DNA of 64,000 nt, from positions 186,001 through 250,000 of the forward strand of contig JASANG010002859.1 in NCBI GenBank assembly GCA_030248215.1. Reading direction: 5' to 3'. Position numbers and translations under genes: made by a program. The stretch is from Enoplolaimus lenunculus (taxonomy: Eukaryota). This document shows positions 12,201 to 21,735 of the stretch, piece by piece; the first letter of the stretch is position 1, and each line of letters opens with the position of its first letter. Below the pieces are notes generated by a model that saw nothing but the letters and a program-made list of their open reading frames with translations, was not told where the DNA came from and made no database searches.

Positions 12201-15200
12201 CTGTATCGTTTTAACCGCTGTTTCTACCCCCCCCCCCCCTGACTTTTTTTACACCATCAGCAGTAAATCTTCTGGTGACAATTTTTTCCATCAGGCCCGT
12301 AGCTAGCTGACCTTGCTTGGGGTGAGGCTTAGAAATTTTCAGGAGGGGTATTCAAGGGTTTTTAATGACTTGCAAGCAAGGTTGAAAATTTAGAGGGGCC
12401 ACAATTTATTCGGGGGGTGGGGGGTTGAGCCCACCTTGCAAAACTGTTAAACTTTAATAAAGTTTCAGCAAAAGTTTTCTTGTGTTTTACCTGCTACTGC
12501 ATCGTACGTGAAAGGAATATCTTTCGACCACCGCGTGTTCGATTCGGATCGCACTTTTCGTTTCACTCGAGGCGTTGACTGAGATCCTTGATCCGTATCG
12601 TATCCTGGAACATCATGGACCAAATTTCGTCGAAAAATCAAATCAGCTTGTGACGTCGTTAGAAACATGTCACCGCCAAAAAACATGTTGTTGTCGACTT
12701 GAAGCTGAAATAGATGCCTTGAGAACGAGTGTATAAATTCAGCCGGTTTCTGTTCATTTAGCATTTGAACTGATTAAAGAAATGAATTGAATGTTTACAA
12801 GTTATTTTTTATTTCACTAAATGCCATGAGGACAGTAGCGTACGACTTGAGGCGGCAACATCCGGAGCAGAAGCTATAGATTGGCAATAGATTAGTTACA
12901 GCGGTGTCTATCCTTTTAAGCTTTGGCCCGTATTCTCAAGTGTGTGTAACATCTATCAGCAGTTGATAACAGCTCTTGAACACACAAAAAAGTATTTCTG
13001 AATTTTTTCAGAAAAGTATTTTCTGTGTCAAATCTGTAAAGTTTTTTCTGATATTTAAGACAATTTTTCTAAAAATAACTGGAAAACGTTTATTTTCAGA
13101 CTATATTTCAAAACTTTTTTGAAAAGTTTTCTGTTATAACAGAAATACTTTTCAAGTGCACCTTGCTAATTATATTTCTTAAATGTAAGAAATTTTTTCT
13201 TAAATATCAGAAATATTATTTTGAGTGTACTTGTCATACAAGTGAATGAAGAGATACGAAATTCAGCACAAATTTCGTGTTAATTTATCCTTGTCTCACT
13301 TCTATGCCCAATTTTGAGATTAACACTTTCCAAAGTTCGACAGTTTGAAAACCTTCCGCTAATTGCGGATAGATGTTTTATATACATTTGAGTACCAATG
13401 TTAATACTTTAAGGGGCGCAACAGTAGATTAAGCGCATTCCTAAGCCTAACCAAAAAAATGTAACCTAAAATCTAAACCTACTCTTTTATGGACCCATCA
13501 GAAACCTGGACGCCCCTTAAAGTACCCATTTGAGAATGCGAACCCAAGTGTCCCTGGGCAATTGAAACTTTGCCCCAAAATCCACTGCATACCTTTTGCT
13601 GATTGTAAGTGTCACGATTACGATTCAACGCTATTGATCGAGCAATGTTATGTTTCATTTGATGAACATATGTTAACGCACTACGACTATGCAATGCGAT
13701 ACGCGTTCCGTTGCCAAGTGTAACAGGAGCCACAAAGCGGTCAAGATAGCCGTCGAATGTTATTCGAGCGTTCAAATCTTCCAACGATTCCCAGCCTCGC
13801 AACGGTTTTGGTGTGGTTTTTCTGATGGGTGGTCGCTGTGTCGTAGAAATCTGCAGTAAGGATGTGTCAAAGTGGTTTCATTGTTCTCAACACTGCGAGG
13901 TTTACTGTAGTGACCCGAATAAGAGGGGGGACTGATATTTTTTGGTCTCTCCAGAGGGTACCCCCCGTCATTCGGTTACGGACTGCTATTTATTTTCATC
14001 CCGCCCTTCGCCACCCTTCGTTACTGATATATCCGGTATTGCAACTATCCGTTGAATTAAACTTTGTTTGTATTGTGTCAATAGCTTGAGCGATAATACA
14101 AGGTTATATTTAGGAATGTATATTCAAAATTTAAGTACGCTTTGAAGTTTCGAACTCAAATTATTTGGTCCTGGAGTCATTTATGCGCTAAAATTAGGGA
14201 TAATTGACATTTATAGACTCTAATTAAGGTTTAGGGACTCTATCCGCTTACGGACTCTTATTAGGAATACGGACACCTATTGATTGCGACTCAAAATGGG
14301 GACCCCCTCTTATTACCCCCCTCTTATTCGGGTCAATACAGTAAGTAAAAAACGATTTGTGTGATTCGAATTTTCAAGATTCCTATATGCGGTATTCACG
14401 TTATAAGGGGGGCAATTGGGTCACGGTTTGTCCCATGTTCATTCGACGTCAACGTTAAAATTCGTACGTTACTCTCATATCGAGTCAACAGAGAAAACTC
14501 GAATGTTATACGACATTAGCTTACAAACCACCAATGTTCAATGTGTACAAGAGTCGGTATGTCATGTGATACTTTAGGACATTTATGCAAATATATCATA
14601 TTCCAAAATTACAACAAATATCATATGATATTCAGCGGTACATGTAATTTTCGGGTTCTGTAATCATATGGTACTGAAGTACAAAAGGTGACCTACACAA
14701 TAGCAGACAAATCTGAACTTTTGAATATGACATTGGACCTCTAAGCAGACAAAATGTCAACCGAAAATCCCACAATATGCGATATATACCGCAAACTCTA
14801 CAATCATGAAAATTCAATCACACAAATTCGTTTCATCTTCGCATCTGTAACAATTTTCCATTGTAAAATAGTTTTAATTGGAGTGGCAAAGACACCCAAA
14901 CCACAGAACGTCCCTCGCCGTACATTCCGTATCTGCGGTCAATTTTCAGCTGCAAAGTTCGGGGAAGAGGTTTGTGACCAGAAGAAAGTGTGGTTACCGA
15001 AATATACTCTCCATTGCCACACCGAAATCGATAATACTGCTTGCAACAGTATTGACAATTATTGTTAAAACATCCAATCCGTAGTCGATCGCAAATCAAA
15101 CGAGGTCCACCGTAACCGTACAGTGATTCGTACATCGCTTCCATAACGGATTTCCCATGATCATTGGAGGATAGAAGTCCTCGATTTGCAGTCTAAATGT

Positions 15201-17847
15201 TCAGATACTATACTTTAGTTTCAAATATAGTCAGAGGCTTACTGTAGTGACCCAAACAAGAGGGGGTAATAAGAGGGGGTCCCCATTTTGAGTCCCAATC
15301 AATAGGAGTCCGCATCCCTAATAAGAGCTCGTAAGCGGATACTGTAGTGACCTGAATAGGGGGACTGATATTGATTTGGCCTCTCCAGAAGGTACCCCCC
15401 TTGTTATTCGGTTACGGACGGTTATTTATTTTTAACCCACGCTCCGCCGCCCTTCGTTACTGATATATATCCGGTACTGCAATTATCCGTTGAATTAAAC
15501 GTTTATTTGTCTTGTGTCAATAGCTTAAGCGATAATACAAGGTTATACTAGGAATGTACTTTCAAAACTTAAGTACGCTTTAAAGTTTCGAACTCATTGG
15601 TCTTGGAGTCATTTATGCGCTACAATTAGGGTTAATTGACATTTATGGACTCTAATTAGGGTTTAGGGACTCTATCCGCTTACGGACTCTTATTAGGGAT
15701 ACGGACTAGAATTGATTCGGACTCTTATTAGGGATACGGACTAGAATTGATTCGGACTCAAAATGGGAATCCCCTCTCTTATTATCTCACCCCCTCTTAT
15801 TCGGGTCAATACAGTAGAGTAAATCTACCCTAATTAAAGTCTATAAATGTCAATTACCCCTAATTGTTGCTCATAAATGACCGCCGGATCAATTACAGTT
15901 GAGTTTGAAACTTTAAAGCATACTTGTGTTTTAAAAGTAGGTACATTCCTAAGTATAACCCTGCATTATCGCTCAAGCTATTGACACAAGACAAATAACG
16001 TTTAATTCAACGGATAGTTGCAGTATCGGATATATATCAGTAACGACGAGAGGCGGAGGCGGGTTGAAAAAATTAACTATGCGTAACCGAATAACAAGGG
16101 GGGTACTCTCTGGAGAGCCCAAATAAATATCAATCTCTCTTATTCGGGTCACTACAGTATGATAATGAAGACCAGTGACGCTGTGGGTTTCAATGCCCGC
16201 GGTTCGTAGCGCCCTGTGGTGACGAAAGCATTCCTGCAAAATCAGAGAAAGCTAACCGTGATATAAGTTTCCCATTGGTGTTCTGTTACAGATACTCTCG
16301 AAACAAATCAGTCTCAAGTCCCCAGTACGCCTCATGATTTACCGCTCAGAAAACTGGACACAAAAATTGACCCATGTATAGAACAGGGCCGAATCGTTTT
16401 CCAGAGGGGCTATAATAGAGTCAGTTTTAAGCTTTAGACTAATTTTTTGCTTGGCTTAGGCTTAGTAATATACTTATTACTACGGTTCCGGCCCTGTTCT
16501 ATACATGGACCCAAAAATTTAATGGATTCAGTATTATCTGTATGGTTTAAAATCATCCAGAACAACAATGAAGAAAATCCAACGTCGAAAATAATCAAAC
16601 AACGATCCAGTGGCCAAAACGAACAAGTTGAGTTTTAGTCTCCGACCAATTTGGCTTTTTACGTCATTCTCCGGCCAGTGCTTGCTCAAAAAATGGTCAG
16701 ATAAAAAAAATTTATATTTGAGCTTCTACACACAAAAAAGTATTTCTGAATTTATTCAGAAAAGTGTTTTCTGTGGCAAATCTGAAAAGTTTTGCTGATA
16801 TTTAAGATAATTTTTCTAAAAATAACTGGAAAACGTTTTTCAAAACATTTCTGTTATAACAGAAATACTCTTCAAGTGCACCTTGCTAATCATATTTCTC
16901 AAATGTAAGAAATTTTTTCTTAAATATCAGAAATATTATTTTGAGTGTAGTACACGTCAGATGATTATTCTATACCTAAATTTGAATTTTTCAAAAATAC
17001 CGCTCTTTATGGTCCCTCCAAGAGCTTCCCTTGGGACCTGGAACATTTTCTGCGAACCCTGATCCCACATGGGACTCAAAACACGTTTTGCGAAAAAGTA
17101 AGACAACGTATATATATTATTGTTCTTGAAAATTTCGCCTTCCCCTAGAAAAGTTTTAACCTTGCTAATAAATCATCTGAAATCTTTGCATACCCTCATG
17201 AAAACGAAAAGTAAACATTCCACTAATATGATGACCTCGCTACGGGTCTGCGATAGTAAGTACTGACGTAATTTGACAAATACACAGCCGGAAGTTGCAC
17301 TGCGGAAATAAAACCGGAAATAGATTTTTACACCAAAACTGAAACAAATATTTAGTTTAAATCATGTAAAAATCATAAATCTGTCGAATTTAACTACCAA
17401 TTTTTTAAACTATAATTTTGGTCAAATTTTAAGTTCAACACTCACATTGCGCTGACAATTTTTCGCAAACAAATCACAATCCAGCTGATTGCGTTCTCGC
17501 AGACAGCTGCCGCGCCACTCAGCACACAGCCATATCCCATCGGCGGACGTCAGTTGTTTGGAACCATTTTGTGATATAAACAGTTCCAGTAACTTCAGAG
17601 ACGCCGTCTGACCATGACTTCCTCGCTGTAACGGAGTATTCACAGCGCTATCAAACGCTACATTGTTCAACAATAATTGGTCATAAACGGTCGTTGGGTG
17701 TGAATTAGAGGCAGATAATTGTTGTATACAAGCTGCCTTCGTAAGAACGCTTGTCAAAATGGCCAAGAATCCAAATAGCCGCCCACCACCATGAGATATT
17801 GACAAGGCAGTTGATACAATTTGGGTTACATCGTAGTGAATTATCAT
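83..17847 (-). CDS. Astacin (M12A) zinc metalloprotease with pro-domain, EGF-like and CUB domains (nematode NAS subgroup with EGF-CUB, often followed by TSP1); 3' end lies beyond position 1
   Basis: Phase-consistent GT-AG exons: 17847-17446, 13850-13593, 12704-12491, 11149-11014, 10042-9976, 9243-9046, 6105-5982, 4593-4468, 3077-2968, 1630-1497, 210-83 (about 632 aa in window). Motifs: FGGDM Asp-switch, RVKR furin site, HEIGHALGLVHEQARPDR zinc site, SVMHY Met-turn, CKNGGYPHPKRCDRCICP EGF, CGG...SPGYP...CSWVI...FCG CUB. The first two exons are assigned by phase and position only. Confidence 0.93.
268..429. mobile_element. Merlin-like MITE family B (degenerate)
   Basis: Family B body with GCCTAA; TSD GCTCCCCA/GTTCCCCT. 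Confidence 0.6.
690..1365. mobile_element. Diverged family A copy (reverse orientation) with TTAGGC-derived array
   Basis: Begins GGCCCATGTAAATATCAGGGCGGA; array of (TTAGGC)n plus 24-nt spacer; right TIR eroded. Confidence 0.7.
1497..1630 (-). CDS. Astacin exon 10 (CUB, middle)
   Basis: TSNDLKIEFEF...LCYANYVELRYAGNLMNTGPK; ttctag / gttagt. Confidence 0.9.
1716..2236. mobile_element. Merlin-like MITE family A with internal telomeric (GCCTAA/TTAGGC) array
   Basis: 25-bp TIR GGCCCATGTATAGAACAGGGCCGGA; TSD ATAAATTT/ATAAACTT. Confidence 0.88.
2968..3077 (-). CDS. Astacin exon 9 (CUB, N-terminal part)
   Basis: QCGGKFRANSDWQIVNSPGYPVKHPAGQECSWVIE; tttcag / gtaagc. Confidence 0.93.
4044..4311. mobile_element. 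Merlin-like MITE family B with TTAGGC array
   Basis: TIR GGCCCATGTTACTTTWAGGGGCGT-type; perfect TSD ATCATTCC. Confidence 0.87.
4468..4593 (-). CDS. Astacin exon 8 (EGF-like)
   Basis: DECPIKTAGCKNGGYPHPKRCDRCICPEPYDGATCE; gacag / gtaagt. Confidence 0.93.
4668..4887. mobile_element. Foldback (palindromic) MITE with CACTG...CAGTG ends, TA-flanked
   Basis: About 105-bp near-perfect arms around a short loop; related shorter copy at about 6190-6318. Confidence 0.85.
4960..5180. mobile_element. PIF/Harbinger-like MITE (TIR GGCCCRTATTCTCAAATG); other copies 12926-13545, 34627-34850, 43504-43727, 47020-47241, 59775-59996
   Basis: Multi-copy, TIRs, 3-bp TSDs CAG (this copy) and CTA (47020 copy). Confidence 0.8.
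5639..5901 (-). mobile_element. piggyBac-like MITE with internal tRNA-derived segment
   Basis: TTAA|CCC...GGG|TTAA; related copies 3670-3923, 56735-57001, 57064-57323. Confidence 0.82.
5982..6105 (-). CDS. Astacin exon 7 (end of catalytic domain)
   Basis: TFAWRDYTLVPKDLAYLATIGGRLQGPTFYDVLSINKAYCK; ttctag / gtaaaa. Confidence 0.93.
6448..6632. mobile_element. Merlin-like MITE family A (short)
   Basis: Same TIRs; perfect TSD AACAGCAT. Confidence 0.88.
6690..8704. mobile_element. 2-kb non-autonomous TIR element with subterminal 31-bp tandem repeat
   Basis: About 60-bp TIR TGCATCGTCCACTTTATxxGxCGTACGCTGTGTGGATTTTTGCATCGTCAATTGACG; flanked by TAA/TAA. Confidence 0.8.
7005..7170. repeat. 31-bp minisatellite GACAGTAGCTGTCAATTGCGCTACTTTCGTA, about 5 copies
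   Basis: Direct reading. Confidence 0.9.
8792..8934. repeat. 20-bp minisatellite AACCRTAAATTTCAARCTTC, 7 copies
   Basis: Direct reading. Confidence 0.93.
9046..9243 (-). CDS. Astacin exon 6 (zinc-binding motif and Met-turn)
   Basis: FGVMAHEIGHALGLVHEQARPDR...YDYGSVMHYNAK; ttttag / gtaaaa. Confidence 0.97.
9976..10042 (-). CDS. Astacin exon 5
   Basis: GCASYEGRIGGPQPIHVGANCER; tttcag / gtaaga. Confidence 0.93.
10283..10425. mobile_element. Merlin-like MITE family B (reverse)
   Basis: Perfect TSD CAAATACC. Confidence 0.87.
10765..10956. mobile_element. Merlin-like MITE family A (reverse)
   Basis: Same TIRs; TSD CATAAACT/GATAAGCT. Confidence 0.85.
11014..11149 (-). CDS. Astacin exon 4
   Basis: AINFWQAFTCLVF; ccacag / gtacaa splice sites, phase 1-2. 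Confidence 0.92.
11289..11792. mobile_element. Merlin-like MITE family A with telomeric array
   Basis: TIRs; TSD CTCAAACG/CTCAAATG. Confidence 0.9.
12491..12704 (-). CDS. Astacin exon 3 (FxGD motif, RVKR, start of catalytic domain)
   Basis: tttcag|CTT...GCA G|gtaaaa; LQVDNNMFFGGDMFLT...RVKR...RWSKDIPFTYD. Confidence 0.92.
13393..13526. mobile_element. Merlin-like MITE family B nested in a Harbinger-like MITE
   Basis: Perfect TSD CATTTGAG derived from the host TIR. Confidence 0.8.
13593..13850 (-). CDS. Astacin exon 2 (pro-region)
   Basis: ctgcag|ATT...AAG|gtatgc, open, phase 0-0. Confidence 0.75.
13905..14341. mobile_element. TA-flanked (Tc1/mariner-like) MITE, TIR CTGTAGTGACCCGAATAAGAGGGGG
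   Basis: TA TSD, TIRs; other copies 15242-16157, 15342-15814, truncated copy about 2562-2927. Confidence 0.85.
15242..16157. mobile_element. Same Tc1/mariner-like MITE with a second copy (15342-15814) inserted in inverse orientation
   Basis: Inner copy flanked by TA at the outer GCGGA-TA-GAGT site. Confidence 0.87.
16369..16511. mobile_element. Merlin-like MITE family A (minimal 143-bp copy)
   Basis: TIRs; perfect TSD CAAAAATT. Confidence 0.88.
16729..16947. mobile_element. AT-rich CAC...GTG MITE; second copy 12981-13227
   Basis: Two near-identical copies; TA flanks. Confidence 0.75.
17446..17847 (-). CDS. Astacin exon 1 (putative; hydrophobic signal-like segment and Cys cluster)
   Basis: ATG 17847, RLFGFLAILTSVLTKA hydrophobic stretch, phase-0 donor AAT|gtgagt; acceptor ttctcag at 17899-17900. 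Confidence 0.6.
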
Positions 17848-19810
17848 CGTTGTTCATTTGAACTTTTTATGGTTTATCAAGAGTAGATGGCTGTATACCT
17901 GAGAACAAGGGTACAGTCAACTGAATCCGTGTATATTAGCCAAAGTATTTAGCACAAGGGTGTAACCGAATATCCGTTTCCGTTTCTATCGGTGTATGTT
18001 TCAGTTTTCGATTCTGTTATAGAAATACTAGAATATCTGTTTATTGTTGCACTCAGAATGAGTTATAAATCACGTAAATTATCACGCAATTTTTCGTTTA
18101 CAGATATGCTGCAATTGTTCGATGTGAAATAAAAATTACGAAATTCAGGTATAATTTTAAAAATTTTGGTGCATTCGCTGTTTTTTCTGCAAAATTTTAG
18201 AAAACTCGGTGAATGTTGGCGTTTCTCAATTGTTTTGGCAGAAAAATAAAACATCTTGAGTCTTTTATACTTCAGTATTTGTTTTCCGTTTCCGTTATTT
18301 TTATGAGAATTAACCCTGGGTGTGTACAGAGTTCACTAAGTCGCTTTATAGTCTACTCTGTGTCGGAAGGGGTTAATATTTAGCAGCTGCTGCTAAATTT
18401 TGCCCTGAATCTAATAAGATAATATTTAGTTTTGATTCTAATTAGGGACGTCTAAGCCTGAGTGTGTACAGATCAATTTGTTTCTCATAATCTACTCTGT
18501 TGTATTAGAAGGCGTTGGTACTTAGCAGTTGCTGCAGTTATCTAAAGAGTCACCAGCTACTACTGATTATTTTTAACTAGCAAAATATAAACACAATTAT
18601 TCATGAAATAGTTTTTAAAACCCAAACTCAGAATGAGTTTATATCAATATTCTATAAGCATACCAGCAATTTTTAAAAATCTAAAAGAATCCTGTGTTCC
18701 TTAGAAAATGTTCAAATAAAACAACATCCGCGTTGCGACGATGAATTGGCAATGCAAACGGCACCAAAAGGGGCACCTAGGCTATGGACCCACAACTGGA
18801 CTCACAACCATTGTATTGAAATTAATGCAAAAATTGCGTTCGATTTGTCACTCAGAAGCTTTTTTGAGGTAATACATAGGGTGAGTATCTTGTCAAAAAC
18901 TGGTTGAACCGCTACTGGATGCGAACTAACGAAGCAGTGTCATACTGCTTCAGCGTAGTGATGTTTATATATTTTTAAGGATATAGGGATAAAATAAACT
19001 GTAAATAAATGAGGAGACGACTCACACTTAAAGTCAACAACAAACTTTTTCATTTAAATGTTTTTTGTATAAGGATAAAAATGCTATATTTTCTTTTTTG
19101 GTGCAGTTGCTATTATTTTTGCAGCAATCTAAATACGCAGTAGCCAGTCATATATACGGTCATAATAATTCGAGAGCTTTTCTCGATATTCACAATTTCT
19201 TTTTGACAGCAAAAACCTGCACATCATTTAGAAACCGCGGCGTCGCGTGTCGTTTTAATGATTTTGGCACATTTAATGATGCCGATGAAGTAAAGCAAAG
19301 TTAAAATTAATTTTAAATTTTTCTGTGCAAATTTTTATACTACAGAACAAGCATCATGTCGTGCAGTTCGAGACGGGTGTCGGGCGCGGGGTACGTTTTT
19401 TTGTTATAGTTCCTATAACAAGGTTAAAATGCCCTATAAATGTGTTTTCTCTACGTCTCAAGATTCTCAATTATTAATTTTTAGCAGCAAAATTTCGTTT
19501 ATATTTTTGAATTCTTCGCCAAACTGTTGTGTAAATGAACTCTAAGGCATGCGGTTCATACTTTGTTACCCAAAGTGTAGTATCGGCCTTTTTCTGAAAA
19601 ACTTCTAACGCACTAACGCAGCACTTAAATTCATTCTTTTAAGTGAATAAAATCAACGGAAACGGAAAAACGAAATTGAAGTATAAAAGTTTCAAAAATG
19701 ATTTATTTTTGCGCGAAAAAATTGCGGTGAGCATATATTTGCTGTTATCAAAAAATTAATGAAAAAATGGCGGATGCATCGAAAATTTTAAGTTTTTGGA
19801 TAAATTTCAT

Positions 19811-20513
19811 GGCCAATGTTTACTTTAAAGGCCGTCCCATTTTCCCGGGACAGAAATGTACCAGGAGTACATTCCAAAAATATGATTGGGACAGCGGGGC
19901 AGTTGGGACAGGTGAGACAGTGGTACAGATGGGACAGTTGGGACAGCGGGACAGATGGGATAGATGGGACAGTTTGGACAGATGGGACAGTTGGGACAGT
20001 TGGGACAGATGGGATAGTTGGGACCGATGGGACAGTTGGACAGATGGGACAGTTGGGACAGTTGGGACAAATGGGACAGTTGGGACAGATGGGACAGATG
20101 GGACAGCGGGACAGATGGGACAGTTGGGACAGATGGGACAGTTGGGACAATTGGGACAGTTGGGACAATTGGGACAGTTGGGACAGTTGAGACAGCGGGA
20201 CAGATGGGACAGTTGGGACAGTTGGGACAGATGGGACAGTTGGGACAGTTGGGACAGATGGGACAGTTGGGACACTTAGGGTATATATGTATATATAATA
20301 TATATGTGCATATATATGTATATATATGTATATATGTGTATATATGTATTATATATACATATACACATATATGTGTATATTGTGTATATGTACATATTAT
20401 ATACCTACGTAAATATAGCTGCCTGTGCATATATAAACAGGAGCGCATAAGTGTGCACTCCGGATATATTTGTGTCCCGGGTTATTGGGACGGCCTTTAT
20501 AGTAACATGGGCC
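19811..20513. mobile_element. Merlin-like MITE family C carrying a GGGACAGWT minisatellite and a (TA/TG)n tract
   Basis: About 60-bp imperfect TIR starting GGCCAATGTTTACTTTAAAGGCCGTCCCA; perfect TSD AATTTCAT. Confidence 0.87.
19888..20274 (+). repeat. 9-bp minisatellite GGGACAG(A/T)T, about 43 units
   Basis: Direct reading. Confidence 0.95.
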
Positions 20514-21663
20514 AATTTCATAATGAATTTTATTTCATCAATTGCAGCATATCTTTTAAAAAAAATTGCGAGGTTACTTTACATGATTTACATCTATATT
20601 TGAAAGTAAAAATTACACAATTTTCGTTATTTCTATATAATGGAAACGAACACCCATTTTTACCGGAAACGGAGACGTATGTCCGGTTAAACCCTGTTTA
20701 TTTGACATTATAATCTCATTTGAAAAGTTGTACTCTTTCATAGTCAATTTTGCAAGAATTCATGGTTTGTGTGTTTATTTAAGTATACGGTCCGCAAAGT
20801 GCTAAACAAAAATAAGTTCGTAACCAGTGGAAGTTTGCCCCGTGTTCTGAGTTTTTGGATTCGCCACTGCCAGCTTGATTGCAAATACCATGGTGTAAAC
20901 AAAGAAAACAGAAGAACAAATACGTATGATTGTATGCATTCAGAGTCTGGCGGTATATTGCAGTTGAAATGCGGGCGCTAAATCTGGTTGATGTTAAACA
21001 AAACATTGCTTTAACCTAAATTTTCCAACAATACTTTACAGACACCGAAGGTGAGCGTTAATGTGCACCGTTTTGTGTTTCGAATTTAACAAATATATAC
21101 ATAGCTAGTTTTGCGCGTGCATAAACAAAAAGAGCTGATGAAGTTCTTAACAAATTAGTGTTCCATCCAGGTCCGGTTATTCCGGGAAGTTTCACCAAAA
21201 CTTTTATGGTTTGGGTATTTCGAAAATATGCGGAAAAATACTCTGAATAAAATTATCTTTGTGAATTTAGCATCTCGCGCCTACATTATGCAAACCTTGG
21301 CAATCGCCGAAAATAAACTATGGAAAGTAGAATACCTATCTGCAACTAGGGTTATTTCACCATGAATATTGCGCCAAATAAAATTAGAATTATTTTTTGG
21401 GGCATGTATTTTTCAGTTTCCGCTCCGTTTCCGGTAATTTTTTCAAATTCCGGTTCTGGTAAATTGTAAATCCAGATGAACCCTGATATACGTATATATA
21501 CGTCGTATATATAATTCGCAGAACATGAAGGAGACAGATACAGCAATAGAAGTGTAAATAGGTATTCCAATGACAAAAGTAAAAGTTAATTACATTGTTT
21601 GGTTGGCTTCTAAGCTTTCCGTTTATATTTAGTGCTTACAGGAATAAGGTACTACTTTTGGAA

Positions 21664-21735
21664 ATGGAAATGATGTACGAGTCTCCAAGACCCTCGCCGT
21701 CAGTGTTTGATGAACCTACATTTTCTACCAAAAAG
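21664..21735 (+). CDS. wee-1.3: Myt1 exon 1
   Basis: [24 protein letters not shown]|gttggt. Confidence 0.82.

Noticed and set aside
17260..17330. Promoter-like TGACGTAA and CCGGAAGT motifs
   Set aside because: Short motifs with no identifiable associated transcript; cannot be supported from sequence alone.
19767..20713. Collagen-like (G-x-y), Cys-Pro or WD-repeat ORFs
   Set aside because: Stop-free frames arise from a 9-bp minisatellite within a TIR element; there is no signal peptide or splice context.
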